Shown: positions 15,001 through 29,575 of the stretch, piece after piece
Numbering within the stretch: position 1 is the stretch's first letter
Layout: every line of letters starts with the position of its first letter
Source: Eledone cirrhosa
Lineage: Eukaryota
Direction: 5' to 3'
Assembly: GCA_964016885.1 (NCBI GenBank)
Contig: OZ024741.1
Coordinates: 1,674,001 to 1,738,000 of the forward strand
DNA length: 64,000 nt
Made by a program: the position numbers and the translations under genes
Notes under the pieces: generated by a model
Databases searched by the model: none
What the model saw: the letters and a program-made list of their open reading frames with translations, nothing else
What the model was told of the DNA's origin: nothing

Positions 15001-18000
15001 CTACCAGAACAATGGCTGCGATATACAGCTACAAGAACACTGGCTGCCATATACAGCTACCAGAACACTGGCTGCCATATACAGCTACCAGAACAATGGC
15101 TGCCATATACAGCTACCAGAACAATGGCTGCCATATACAGCTACCAGAACACTGGCTGCCATATACAGCTACCAGAACACTGACTGCCATATACAGCTAC
15201 CAGAACACTGGCTGCCATATACATCTACCAGAACAATGGCTGCCATATACAATTACCAGAACACTGGCTGCCATATACAGCTACCAGAACAATGGCTGCC
15301 ATATACAGCTAACAGAACAATGGCTGCCATATACAGCTACCAGAACACTGGCTGCCATATACAGCTATCAGAACAATGGCTGCCATATACATCCACCAGA
15401 ACACTGGCTGCCATATACAGTTAACAGAACAATGGCTGCCATATACAGCTACCAGAAGAATGGCTGCCATATACAGCTACCAGAACAATGGCTGCCATAT
15501 ACAGCTACCAGAACAATGGCTGCCATATACAGCTACCAGAACACTGGATGCCATATACAGCTACAATAACACTGGCTGCCATATACAGCTACCAGAACAC
15601 TGGCTGCCATATACAGCTACCAGAACACTGGCTGCCATATACAGCTACCAGAACACTGGCTGCCATATACAGCTACCAGAACACTGGCTGCCATATACAG
15701 CTACCAGAACAGTGGCTGCCATATACAGCTACCAGAACACTGTTAGCCATATAGAGCTACCAGAACAATGGCTGCCTTATACAGCTACCAGAACACTGTC
15801 TGCCATATACAGCTACCAAAACACTGGCTGCCATATACAGCTACCAGAACAATGGCTGCCATATACAGCTACCAGAACACTGGCTGCCATATACAGCTAC
15901 CAGAACAATGGCTGCCATATACAGCTACCAGAATACTGACTGCCATATACAGCTACCAGAACACTAGCTGCCATATACAGCTACCAGAACACTGGCTGCC
16001 ATATACAGCTACCAGAACACTGGATGCCATATACAGCTACCAGAACAATGGCTGCCATATACAGCTACCAGAACATTGGCTGCCATATACAGTTACCAGA
16101 ACAATGGCTGCCATATACAGCTACCAGAACACTGTTTGCCATATACAGCTACCAGAACAATGGCTGCCATATACAGCTACCAGAACACTGGCTGCCATAT
16201 ACAGCTACCAGAACACTGGCTGCGATATATAGCTACCAGAACACTGGCTGCCATATACAGCTACCAGAACACTGTTTGCCATATACAGCTGCCAGAACAA
16301 TGGCTGCCATATACGGCTACCAGAACACAGGCTGCCATATACAGCTACCAGAACACTGTTTGCCATATACAGCTACCAGAACAATGGCTGCCATATACAG
16401 CTAGCAGAACACTGGCTGCCATATACAGCTACCAGAGCACTGGCTGCCACATACAGCTATTAGAACACTGGCTGCCATATACGGCTACCAGAACACTGGC
16501 TGCCATATACAGCTACCAGAACAATGGCTGCCCTATACAGCTACCAGAACACTGGCTGCCATATACGGCTACCAGAAGACTGGTTGCCATATACAGCTAC
16601 CAGAACAATGGCTGCCATATACAGCTACCAGAAGACTGGCTGCCATATGCAGCTACCAGAACACTGGCTGCCTTATACAGCTACCAGAACACTGGCTGCC
16701 ATATGCAGCTACCAGAACACTGGCTGCCTTATACAGCTACCAGAACACTGGCTGCCATATGCAGCTACAAGAACACTGGCTGCCATATACAGCTACCAGA
16801 ACACTGGCTGCCATATGCAGCTACCAGAACACTGGCTGCCTTATACAGCTACCTGAACACTGGCTGCCATATACAGCTACCTGAACACTGGCTGCCATAT
16901 ACATCTAACAGAACAATGGCTGCCATATACAGCTACCAGAACAATGGCTGCCATATACAGCTACAAGAACACTGGCTGCCATATACAGCTACCAGAACAA
17001 TGGCTGCCATATACAGCTACCAGAACACTAGCTGCCATATGCAGCTACCAGAACAATGGCTGCCATATACAGCTACCTGAACACTGGCTGCCATATGCAG
17101 CTACCAGAACACTGGCTGCCTTATGCAGCTACCAGAACACTGGCTGCCATATGCAGCTACCAGAACACTGGCTGACATATGCAGCTACCAGAACACTGGC
17201 TGCCTTATACAGCTACCTGAACACTGGCTGCCATATACAGCTACCTGAACACTGGCTGCCATATACAGCTACATGAACATTGGCTGCCATATGCAGCTAC
17301 CAGAACACTAGCTGCCATATGCAGCTACCAGAACACTGGCTGCCATATGCAGCTACCAGAACACTGGCTGCCATATACAGCTACCAGAACACTGGCTGCC
17401 ATATACAATTACCAGAACACTAGCTGCCATATACAGCTACCAGAACACTGGCTGCCATATACAGCTACCAGAATGCTGGCTGCCATATACAGTTACCAGG
17501 ACAATGGCTGCCACATACAGCTACCAGAACACTGGCTGCCATATACAGCTACCAGAAGAATGGCTGTCATATACAGATACCAGAACCCTGGCTGCCATAT
17601 ACAGCTACCAGAACACTGGCTGCCATATACAGCTAGCAGAAAACTGGCTGCCATATACAGCAACCAGAACAATGGCTGCCATATACAGCTACCACAACAA
17701 TGGCTGCCATATACAGCTACCACAACACTGGCTGCCATATACAACTACCAGAACACTGTTTGCCATATACAGCTACCAGAACACTGGCTGCCATATACAG
17801 CTACCAAAACACTGGCTGCCATATACAGCTATCAGAACACTGGCTGACATATACAGCTACCAAAACAATGGCTGCCATATACATCTACCAGATCAATGGC
17901 TGCCATATACAGCTACCAGAACAATGGCTGCCATATACAGCTACCAGGACAATGGCTGCCATATACAACTACCAGAACAATGGTTGTCATATACTGCTAC

Positions 18001-21000
18001 CAGAACACTGGCTGCCATATACAGCTCCCAAAACAATGGCTGCCATATACAGCTACCAGAACACTGGCTGCCATATACAGCTTCCAGAACACTGTTTGCC
18101 ATATAAAGCTACCAGAACAATGGCTTCCATATACAGCTACCAGAACAATGGCTGCCATATACAGCTACCAGAACACTGGCTGCCATATACAGCTACCAGA
18201 ACACTGTTTGCCATTTACAGCTACCAGAAAAATGGCTGCCATATACAGCTACCAGAACAATGGCTGCCATATACAGCTACCAGAACACTGGCTGCCATAT
18301 ACAGCTACCAGAACACTGGCGCCATATACAGCTACCAGAACAATGGCTGCCATATACAGCTACCAGAACAATGGCTGACATATACAGCTACCAGAACACT
18401 GGCTGCCATATACAGCTACCAGAACAATGGCTGCCATATACAGCTACCAGAACAATGGCTGCCATATACAGCTACCAGTACAATGGCTGCCATATACAGA
18501 TACCAGAACACTGGCTGCCATATACAGCTACCAGACCACTGGCTGCCATATACAGCTACCAGAACACTGGCTGCAATACACAACTACCAGAACACTGGCT
18601 GCCATATAAAGCTACCAGAACAATGGCTGCCATATAGAGCTACCAGAACAATAGCTGCCATATACAGTTACCAGAACAATGGCTGCCATATACAGCGACC
18701 AGAACACTGGCTACCACATACAGCTTCGAGAACAATGGCTCCCATATACAGTTACCAGAACACTGTTTGCCATATACAGCTACCAGAACACTGGCTGCCA
18801 TATACAGCTACCAGAACACTGGCTGCCATATACAGCTACCAGAACACTGGCTACCATATACATCTACCAGAAGAATGACTGCCATATACAGCTACCAGAA
18901 CACTGGCTGACATATACGGCTACCAAAGTAATGGCTGCCATATACATCTACCAGATCAATGGCTGACATATACAGCTACCAGGACAATGGCTGCCATATA
19001 CAACTACCCGAACAATGGCTGTCATATACAGCTACCAGAACACTGGCTGCCATATACATCTCCCAAAACAATGGCTGCCATATACAGCTACCAGAACACT
19101 GGCTGCAATATACAGCTACCAGAACACTGGCTGCCATATACAGCTACCAGAACAAAGGCTGCCATATACAGCTACCAGAACACTGGCTGCCATATACAGC
19201 TACCAGAACACTGGCTGCCATATACAGCTACCATAACAATGGCTGCTATATACAGCTACGAGAACAATGGCTGCCATATACAGCTACCAGAACAATGGCT
19301 GCCATATACAGCTACCAGAACAATGGCTGCGATATACAGCTACCACAGCACTGGCTGCTATATACAGCTACCAGAAGACTGGCTGCTATATACAAATACT
19401 AGAACAATGGCTGCCATATACAATTACCAGAACACTGGCTGCCATATACAGCTACCAGAACACTGGTTGCCATATACAGCTACCAGAACACTGGCTGCCA
19501 TATACAACTACTAGAACTATGGCTGCCATATATAGCTACCAAAACACTGTTTGCCATATAAAGCTAACAGAACACTGGCAGCCATATACAGCTACCAGAA
19601 CACTGGCTGCCATATACAGCTACCAGAACACTGGCTGCCATATACAGCTACCAGAACAATGGCTGCCATATACAGCTAACAGAACACTGGCTGCCATATA
19701 CAGCTACCAGAACACTGGCTGCCATATACAGCTAGCAGAAAACTGGCTGCCATATACAGCAACCAGAACAATGGCTGCCATATACAGCTACCACAACAAT
19801 GGCTGCCATATACAGCTACCACAACACTGACTGCCATATGCAGCTACCAGAACACTGGCTGCCATATGCAGCTACCAGAACACTGGCTGCCATATGCAGC
19901 TACCAGAACACTGGCTGCCTTATACAGCTACCTGAACACTGGCTGCCATATACAGCTACCTGAACACTGGCTGCCATATACAGCTACCTGAACACTGGCT
20001 GCCATATACAGCTACCAGAACAATGGCTGCCATATACAGCTACCAGAACAATGGCTGCCATATACAGCTACAAGAACACTGGCTGCCATATACAGCTACC
20101 AGAACAATGGCTGCCATATACAGCTACCAGAACACTAGCTGCCATATGCAGCTACCAGAACAATGGCTGCCATATACAGCTACCAGAACACTAGCTGCCA
20201 TATGCAGCTACCAGAACAATGGCTGCCATATACAGCTACCAGAACAATGGCTGCCATATACAGCTACCAGAACAATGGCTGCCATATACAGCTACAAGAA
20301 CACTGGCTGCCATGTACAGCTACCAGAACACTGGCTGCCATATGCAGCTACCAGAACACTGGCTGCCTTATGCAGCTACCAGAACACTGGCTGCCATATA
20401 CAGCTACCAGAACACTGGCTGCCATATGCAGCTACCAGAACACTGGCTGCCTTATACAGCTACCTGAACACTGGCTGCCATATACAGCTACCTGAACACT
20501 GGCTGCCATATACAGCTACATGAACATTGGCTGCCATATGCAGCTACCAGAACACTAGCTGCCATATGCAGCTACCAGAACACTGGCTGCCATATGCAGC
20601 TACCAGAACACTGGCTGCCATATACAGCTACCAGAACAAGAGCTGCCATATACAGCTACCTGAACACTGGCTGCCATATACAGCTACATGAACATTGGCT
20701 GCCATATACAGCTACCAGAACACTGGCTGCCATATACATCTACCAGAACACTGGCTGCCATATACAGCTACCAGAACAAGAGCTGCCATATACAGCTATC
20801 AGAACACTGGCTGCCATATACAGCTACCAGAACACTGGCTGCCATATACAGCTACCTGAACACTGGCTGCCATATACAATTACCAGAACACTAGCTGCCA
20901 TATACAGCTACCAGAACACTGACTGCCATATACAGCTACCAGAATGCTGGCTGCCATATACAGTTACCAGGACAATGGCTGCCACATACAGCTACCAGAA

Positions 21001-24000
21001 CACTGGCTGCCATATACAGCTACCACAACACTGGCTGCCATATACAACTACCAGAACACTGTTTGCCATATAAAGCTACCAGGACAATGGCTGCCATATA
21101 CAGCTACCAGAACACTGGCTGCCATATACAGCTACCAGAAGAATGGCTGTCATATACAGATACCAGAACCCTGGCTGCCATATACAGCTACCAGAACACT
21201 GGCTGCCATATACAGCTAGCAGAAAACTGGCTGCCATATACAGCAACCAGAACAATGGCTGCCATATACAGCTACCACAACAATGGCTGCCATATACAGC
21301 TACCACAACACTGGCTGCCATATACAACTACCAGAACACTGTTTGCCATATACAGCTACCAGAACACTGGCTGCCATATACAGCTACCAAAACACTGGCT
21401 GCCATATACAGCTATCAGAACACTGGCTGACATATACAGCTACCAAAACAATGGCTGCCATATACATCTACCAGATCAATGGCTGCCATATACATCTACC
21501 AGAACAATGGCTGCCATATACAGCTACCAGGACAATGGCTGCCATATACAACTACCAGAACAATGGTTGTCATATACTGCTACCAGAACACTGGCTGCCA
21601 TATACAGCTCCCAAAACAATGGCTGCCATATACAGCTACCAGAACACTGGCTGCCATATACAGCTTCCAGAACACTGTTTGCCATATAAAGCTACCAGAA
21701 CAATGGCTTCCATATACAGCTACCAGAACAATGGCTGCCATATACAGCTACCAGAACATTGGCTGCCATATACAGCTACCAGAACACTGTTTGCCATTTA
21801 CAGCTACCAGAAAAATGGCTGCCATATACAGCTACCAGAACAATGGCTGCCATATACAGCTACCAGAACACTGGCTGCCATATACAGCTACCAGAACACT
21901 GGCGCCATATACAGCTACCAGAACAATGGCTGCCATATACAGCTACCAGAACAATGGCTGACATATACAGCTACCAGAACACTGGCTGCCATATACAGCT
22001 ACCAGAACAATGGCTGCCATATACAGCTACCAGAACAATGGCTGCCATATACAGCTACCAGAACAATGGCTGCCATATACAGATACCAGAACACTGGCTG
22101 CCATATACAGCTACCAGACCACTGGCTGCCATATACAGCTACCAGAACACTGGCTGCAATACACAACTACCAGAACACTGGCTGCCATATAAAGCTACCA
22201 GAACAATGGCTGCCATATACAGCTACCAGAACAATAGCTGCCATATACAGTTACCAGAACAATGGCTGCCATATACAGCGACCAGAACACTGGCTACCAC
22301 ATACAGCTTCGAGAACAATGGCTGCCATATACAGTTACCAGAACACTGTTTGCCATATACAGCTACCAGAACACTGGCTGCCATATACAGCTACCAGAAC
22401 ACTGGCTGCCATATACATCTACCAGAAGAATGACTGCCATATACAGCTACCAGAACACTGGCTGACATATACGGCTACCAAAGTAATGGCTGCCATATAC
22501 ATCTACCAGATCAATGGCTGACATATACAGCTACCAGGACAATGGCTGCCATATACAACTACCCGAACAATGGCTGTCATATACAGCTACCAGAACACTG
22601 GCTGCCATATACATCTCCCAAAACAATGGCTGCCATATACAGCTACCAGAACACTGGCTGCAATATACAGCTACCAGAACACTGGCTGCCATATACAGCT
22701 ACCAGAACAAAGGCTGCCATATACAGCTACCAGAACACTGGCTGCCATATACAGCTACCAGAACACTGGCTGCCATATACAGCTACCATAACAATGGCTG
22801 CTATATACAGCTACGAGAACAATGGCTGCCATATACAGCTACCAGAACAATGGCTGCCATATACAGCTACCAGAACAATGGCTGCGATATACAGCTACCA
22901 CAGCACTGGCTGCTATATACAGCTACCAGAAGACTGGCTGTTATATACAGCTGCCAGAACACTGGCTGCTATATACAAATACTAGAACAATGGCTGCCAT
23001 ATACAATTACCAGAACACTGGCTGCCATATACAGCTACCAGAACACTGGCTGCCATATACAACTACTAGAACTATGGCTGCCAAATATAGCTACCAAAAC
23101 ACTGTTTGCCATATAAAGCTAACAGAACACTGGCAGCCATATACAGCTACCAGAACACTGGCTGCCATATACAGCTACCAGAACACTGGCTGCCATATAC
23201 AGCTACCAGAACAATGGCTGCCATATACAGCTACCAGAACACTGGCTGCCATATACTGCTACCAGAACACTGGCTGCCATATACAGCTACCAGAACACTG
23301 GCTGCCATATACAGCTAGCAGAAAACTGGCTGCCATATACAGCAACCAGAACAATGGCTGCCATATACAGCTACCACAACAATGGCTGCCATATACAGCT
23401 ACCACAACACTGGCTGCCATATACAACTACCAGAACACTGTTTGCTATATACAGCTACCAGAACACTGGCTGCCATATACAGCTACCAAAACACTGGCTG
23501 CCATATACAGCTATCAGAACACTGGCTGACATATACAGCTACCAAAACAATGGCTGCCATATACATCTACCAGATCAATGGCTGCCATATACAGCTACCA
23601 GAACAATGGCTGCCATATACAGCTACCAGGACAATGGCTGCCATATACAACTACCAGAACAATGGTTGTCATATACTGCTACCAGAACACTGGCTGCCAT
23701 ATACAGCTCCCAAAACAATGGCTGCCATATACAGCTACCAGAACACTGGCTGCCATATACAGCTACCAGAACACTGTTTGCCATATAAAGCTACCAGAAC
23801 AATGGCTTCCATATACAGCTACCAGAACAATGGGTGCCATGTACAGCTACCAGAACAATGGCTGCCATATACAGCTACCAGTACAATGGCTGCCATATAC
23901 AGCTACCAGAACAATGGCTGCCATATACAGCTACCAGAACAATGGCTGCGATATACAGCTACCAGCGCACTGGCTGCTATATACAGCTACCAGAACACTG

Positions 24001-25198
24001 GCTGCCATATACAGCTACCAGTACACTGGCTTCAATATACAGCTACCAGAACACTGGCTGCCATATACAGCTACCAGAACACTGGCTGCCATATACAGCT
24101 ACCAGAACACTGGCTGCCATATACACCTACCAGAACACTGGCTGCCATATACAACTACCAGAACACTGTTTGCCATATAAAGCTACCAGGACAATGGCTG
24201 CCATATACAGCTACCAGAACACTGGCTGCCATATACAGCTACCAGAAGAATGGCTGTCATATACAGATACCAGAACACTGGCTGCCATATACAGCTACCA
24301 GAACACTGGCTGCCATATACAGCTACCAGAACACTGGCTGCCGTATACAGCTACCAGAACAATGGCTGCCATATACAGCTACCCCAACACTGGCTGCCAT
24401 ATACAGTTACCAGAACAATGGCTGCCGTATACAGCTACCAGAACAATGGCTGCCATATACAGCTACCAGAACACTGGCTGCCATATACATCTACCAGAAC
24501 ACTGTTTGCCATTTACAGCTACCAGAAAAATGGCTGCCATATACAGCTACCAGAACAATGGCTGCCATATACAGCTACCAGAACACTGGCTGCCATATAC
24601 AGCTACCAGAACACTGGCTGCCATATACAGCTACCAGAACAATGGCTGCCATATACAGCTACCAGAACAATGGCAGACATATACAGCTACCAGAACACTG
24701 GCTGCCATATACAGCTACCAGAACAATGGCTGCCATATACAGCTACCAGAACAATGGCTGCCATATACAGCTACCAGAACAATGGCTACCATATACAGAT
24801 ACCAGAACACTGGCTGCCATATACAGCTACCAGACCACTGGCTGCCATATACAGCTACCAGAACACTGGCTGCAATACACAACTACCAGAACACTGGCTG
24901 CCATATAAAGCTACCAGAACAATGGCTGCCATATACAGCTACCAGAACACTGGCTGCCATATACAGCTACCAGAACACTGGCTGCCATATACAGCTACCA
25001 GAACACTGGCTGCAATACACAGTTACCAGAACACTGGCTGCCATATATAGCTACCAGAACAATGGCTGCCATATGCAGCTACCAGAACACTGGCTGCCAT
25101 ATACAGCTACCAGAACAATGGCTGCCATATACAGCTACCAGAACACTAGCTGCCATATACAGCTACCAGAACAATGGCTGCCATATACAGCTACCTGA
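1..25198. repeat. 28-bp tandem satellite, consensus GCCATATACAGCTACCAGAACA(C/A)TGGCT, about 900 monomers, open at the window start
   Basis: 28-nt period visible throughout; ends abruptly at ...GCTACCTGA (~25198) before unique AT-rich sequence. Confidence 0.98.
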
Positions 25199-25629
25199 AG
25201 CCAGAGTTTAAGAATGTTTGAAACTGTCAGAGAACCTCTTCTTTTTCTCAGGCATAAAAGGTAACTAACACTGTCACCTTACACTTTATTGATGATATTG
25301 GTTAGAAATTAGGAAGATATGTGATAACATATATTAGACTATCACAACTTGTTACACAGCTGGAATCACTCTAAGCCTATCTATAGAAGTTACTAGCAGT
25401 GCATGTTATAATGAAGGAAGTAACCCAGGTGGATCTTTATAAATTGTGTCAGCAGGGAAAGGCCAGTGTCTTCGAGGATTTTTCAGATATTGATATAAAG
25501 GCAAAGTGGAGTTTTTCTTCAGATTGGATGCTTGCAGTAGAGTTACTTATACTATAGCTCACCCCTCACCTTTCCAAGGGCCACAAGGAAATGTTAAATC
25601 GAACGATGAATTAATTAACTTGACTACCG

Positions 25630-25775
25630 ACAAAGAGTGGTACTAAATACTGTGCAATATTTCACCCAATATTCTAACAATTCCGCCCGTCCACCAAGCC
25701 TGATTGGCTCAATATTTTGTCAACCCCGAAAGAGTGAACGGTAAAGTTAACCTCGGAGGGATTTGAATTCAAAGC
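25630..25775 (-). mobile_element. Degenerate tRNA-derived SINE fragment
   Basis: CCCCGAAAGAGTGAACGGTAAAGTTAACCTCGGAGGGATTTGAATTC is the reverse complement of the B-box plus central domain of the copy at 41479-41670. Confidence 0.6.
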
Positions 25776-25794
25776 ACATACAACTAGAATCATT

Positions 25795-25880
25795 CTCGGA
25801 CCGGGTGATGTGTTGTTTCCTTGAGCAAGACACTTTATTTCACGTTGCTCCAGTTTACTCAGCTGTAGAAATGAGATGAT
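25795..25880 (+). mobile_element. Fragment of a second SINE family (Meta/CORE-like central domain)
   Basis: GTTGTTTCCTTGAGCAAGACACTTTATTTCACGTTGCTCCAGTTTACTCAGCTGTAGAAATGAG resembles conserved SINE central domains; recalled similarity only. Confidence 0.45.
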
Positions 25881-26724
25881 AGGACTGGGGTCCCTATCAT
25901 TAAATCACCCAAGACACCTCCAAAGAGATATACCTTGGAGGAGGCCAGCTAAACGTGCATAGGTGTGAGCTGTAACAACAACAACAACAATACCACAAGG
26001 CATTTCACCATCAGTCTGACAATTTGCCATCAATAACAAAATTAGAAGGAAACATCAACAAGCTACGCTGCAAAATCAGACATTTAACTTTCACTATCAT
26101 TATAAGGTGAAACATGTGTAATAGTATCACAGTATACCATGAAGTGATTTAAGTCTACTGAGATTTTACTTTCCAAACCCTTGAGGGGTAATCAATAACT
26201 TCAAACAAAACACGAACTCACGAGGTTATTGCAAAAATATTATATAACGAGTATTAACGACACGTTTGCTACTCATCCACAAGCTATACGGCGGAGAAAG
26301 AAGAAAAAGCTCTAACTTTGTAAAAAGAGTTCCAATTCTTTCTTTGTGTGAAGATCTTATATCGTATTGGTTTTGATCTTGATTAAAAAGAAAGATTTAA
26401 GCAGAATACTTCGTGGATAAATGCAGTCAAGAAAGAAATAGAGACAACATGAAAACTTACAGAAGCAACTTTGAAATTTTAATCAAAGTTGAGGAAAGTT
26501 GTATAACTCGGAGATGACAGGAGCGTTGTACCGGGGTACAAAATATTGACTTTCTAGAAAATATCACTGACAAGAATATCTAAAACAATTATAAATGGTC
26601 AGATTGTAATAGTAGTGTACACAGAAAACATGGTCCATTACATGTGTAAATATTATGTAGAAACTTTAAACAAGCTGTTGAAACCAATTTCTTCAAGACA
26701 TGTGTCCAAGAAGATAGTAACTAA

Positions 26725-26902
26725 TGGTGTCCTCGGCCCTAGGGCTACCTCCCTACTCACCACCATAGGCGCTGAGCTGGCTAGCCGCAGGTGTGATCCC
26801 CGCGAGTTGGAGTGGCTTTTCCAGCGCGTCTCCCTTGCCGTTCTCCGGGGAAACGCCTTCTCTATTCTGTCCGCCGGGGCTGTGGGGAGGCCACCAATAT
26901 GA
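26725..26902 (+). mobile_element. 3' coding relic of a CRE-type (restriction-like endonuclease) non-LTR retrotransposon
   Basis: GC-rich island translating GVLGPRATSLLTTIGAELASRRCDPRELEWLFQRVSLAVLRGNAFSILSAG, matching the C-terminal FQR-x-S-xxx-RGNA pattern of CRE-like ORFs. Confidence 0.7.
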
Positions 26903-27814
26903 TTGACTGACTTGTCATTTCATCAGTCAGATGTTATAATCGAGATGAGAAGAGAATGTTCTAACAATTGGCAGCTCTACAGTGATAAAAACAGACAAAA
27001 GTAACAGTGACAGGAGGGGGGAGGGGGAAGAGAGAGCCGCCATATTTAATACCCCCTGTTTTGCCAACCAAGTAAAGAATGATGAATAAGCGTGTTCGTG
27101 ACCAATCAGGGGGGAGTTAATCGCACTGTTTCCGTACTATTGTGCACCCTCAGATTTAGAAAAGTATTACAGGGATATGCTTATTCTGAAACTCCACCTT
27201 AGAATTATTGTAATTAGTGGACCTAACCAGAATGTTCTGAAACCCTACCCAGCACCAAAGCTTGGAGTCGACTCTGTGAGCAAGTGGGTAGGAAAAAGAG
27301 AATATGGAGATGTGTCGAACAAATGTTGATAAATACAACTGTACATAAGATGGTGCTAACATTGGCATGAAGTGTATACGTTGTTTGTTTCGTGACCCAT
27401 CACGACCTATTTCGAAGATCATGTCTTCGCAACAGAAGGGCAGGGGGTAGCTATGAAATAACTAATGAAGAGAAGAGACCGCGAAGTCTTTAAACACGGA
27501 AAATGCCAGTGAAAATGTCTATTATATCAGATTTCTGTAGAATATATAACACACATGAGTAGCAGCTGCACAAAAATACAATTAAGGCACAATCTTAGAA
27601 TTCAGTGTGATGTTGTTGCTAAAACAATATACAATATAGAAAGCATTACTCCGGGATAGTGAATACTTATTCTGTTGAGTTCACACTATTTTACATACTA
27701 AGGAAAACTGGTCAACGATTCACATCAAAGCTACCGCAAAATGCAATCATAATAGGTTAGTTACGTCCACTTTGTTACAAACATTCAGATTAGAGTGTCT
27801 GTGAAATATATACA

Positions 27815-28098
27815 CCAGGTCCGAACACAATGGAACCAAATTCCCACTGTCACTGTCTCTGTGTTACCTGCTCTCCCTATCTCGCACTATTATAAGCAAA
27901 TGGGCGCCCACGCGCTGGACGCCCCGCAGAATAGATAAGGCGTTTCCCCGGATGATGGTGAGGTAGTCCTGTTGGAAGAACCATTCCAGCTCGCGAGGCT
28001 CACAGCTGCGGGTAGCCAACTCTGTGCCGATGGTGGTGAGAAGGGGGGGGGGGTGACCCTAGGGCCAAAGACATCAGAAGTCTCCACTGCTAAAGTGG
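27815..28098 (-). mobile_element. Second CRE-type relic (C-terminus plus 3' UTR), frameshifted
   Basis: Minus strand reads LAVETSDVFGPRVT/(poly-C shift)/LLTTIGTELATRSCEPRELEWFFQQDYLTIIRGNALSIL; its 3' UTR (27818-27920) aligns by eye with 48571-48670. Confidence 0.75.
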
Positions 28099-28129
28099 TT
28101 AGTTATTATTCTTTGGGATAAAAAGAAAA

Positions 28130-28245
28130 ATAATTGTTTCTACTTTTAGCACAAGGCCAGCAATTATCCCAGTGTATTACTGGTACTTTATTTTATCGAC
28201 CCCGTAAGGATGAAAGGCAAAGTTAACCTCGGCGGGATTTTAACT
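28130..28245 (-). mobile_element. 5'-truncated tRNA-derived SINE
   Basis: Close reverse complement of ~41556-41670. Confidence 0.8.
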
Positions 28246-28616
28246 GATAAAAAGAATAATGCAATGTTGTCGAGGTCAGTTACTCGCCCGATACCAACAT
28301 TTGGTGAAATATTCTTTGGACATTGGAAATAAAATATTCAAGCATAACTTGTTGGAGACTTACATCTCTAAGAAGAATATAACTTCAACATTTTATCCAA
28401 TATTTTGCTGCATTAGGTTATGTTGTGTAATAAATGATGTTTTCAGAGCAAGACATTGATCCTCCCACACAAAATCCTGAAATACATTTCGTAAACAGAG
28501 GAATAAAAATAAGCAAGAATTTCTTACACTAACCCTTTACCGTTTACTAAAGTATTTCATGGTTGGTTTCTACGAACAGTAATGATAGGAAAAGAGAAAG
28601 ACAATAAAGACGCACT

Positions 28617-28814
28617 ACCCCCCCCCCCCCCCCACACACACGCACACACACTCACACACACTCACACACTCACACACACACACAACACACACACTCTCTC
28701 ACACCCTCACACACACTTACACACACACACACAACACACTCACACACACGTGCGCACACACGCACACGCACACTCACACAGAAACGAGTATATACATGTA
28801 TTTGTGTATGTATG

Positions 28815-28846
<32 letters not shown>

Positions 28847-28999
28847 AATATATATATACATACATGTGTGTGCATACACACATTTATATGTACGTATAAA
28901 TATTTACGAATTCCTAAAGACAGTAATATTTATGCGCACCCACAAATGTATATATATATATATACATGTATATACACACAAATTGCACACATACCCCCA

Positions 29000-29083
<84 letters not shown>

Positions 29084-29470
29084 TGTGTGTGTTATGTGCG
29101 GCTGTGTCGACATATAGCTCCCTATAAACACAAACACATATATATAGAAATATATGTCAGTTTGTATGTCGGAGCTTGTTTTACATATATCTACATTTAC
29201 ATACATATACACACATACATATAGACACACATACATATAAACACACATACATATAAACACACATACATATAAACACACATACATATACACACATACATAT
29301 AGACACACATACATATAAACACACATACATATACATACATACATATAGACACACATACATATAAACACACATACATATAAACACACATACATATAAACAC
29401 ACATACATATACACACATACATATAGACACACATACATATAAACACACATACATATAAACACACATACAC
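28617..29470. repeat. Compound microsatellite: poly-C, (CA)n, (TA)n and ~14-bp ACACATACATATA(A/G) repeat
   Basis: Direct inspection. Confidence 0.95.
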
Positions 29471-29575
29471 AGTTGCTTTATTTTTGGCTTACTTTAATCT
29501 GATATTTGCGAATAGTTGACCTATTTAACTCATAAATAGGTCATGAAAACAAACTAACATTGAAACATTTACTGA

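Noticed and set aside
23-25198. Dozens of long ORFs (up to 564 aa) with a 28-aa repeat
   Set aside because: The same peptide appears in all three frames because the 28-nt monomer has no stop; stops and indels fall without frame preference.
1-25198. CRISPR array (28-bp repeat with dyad)
   Set aside because: Repeats are contiguous, with no unique spacers and no cas genes, in eukaryotic context.
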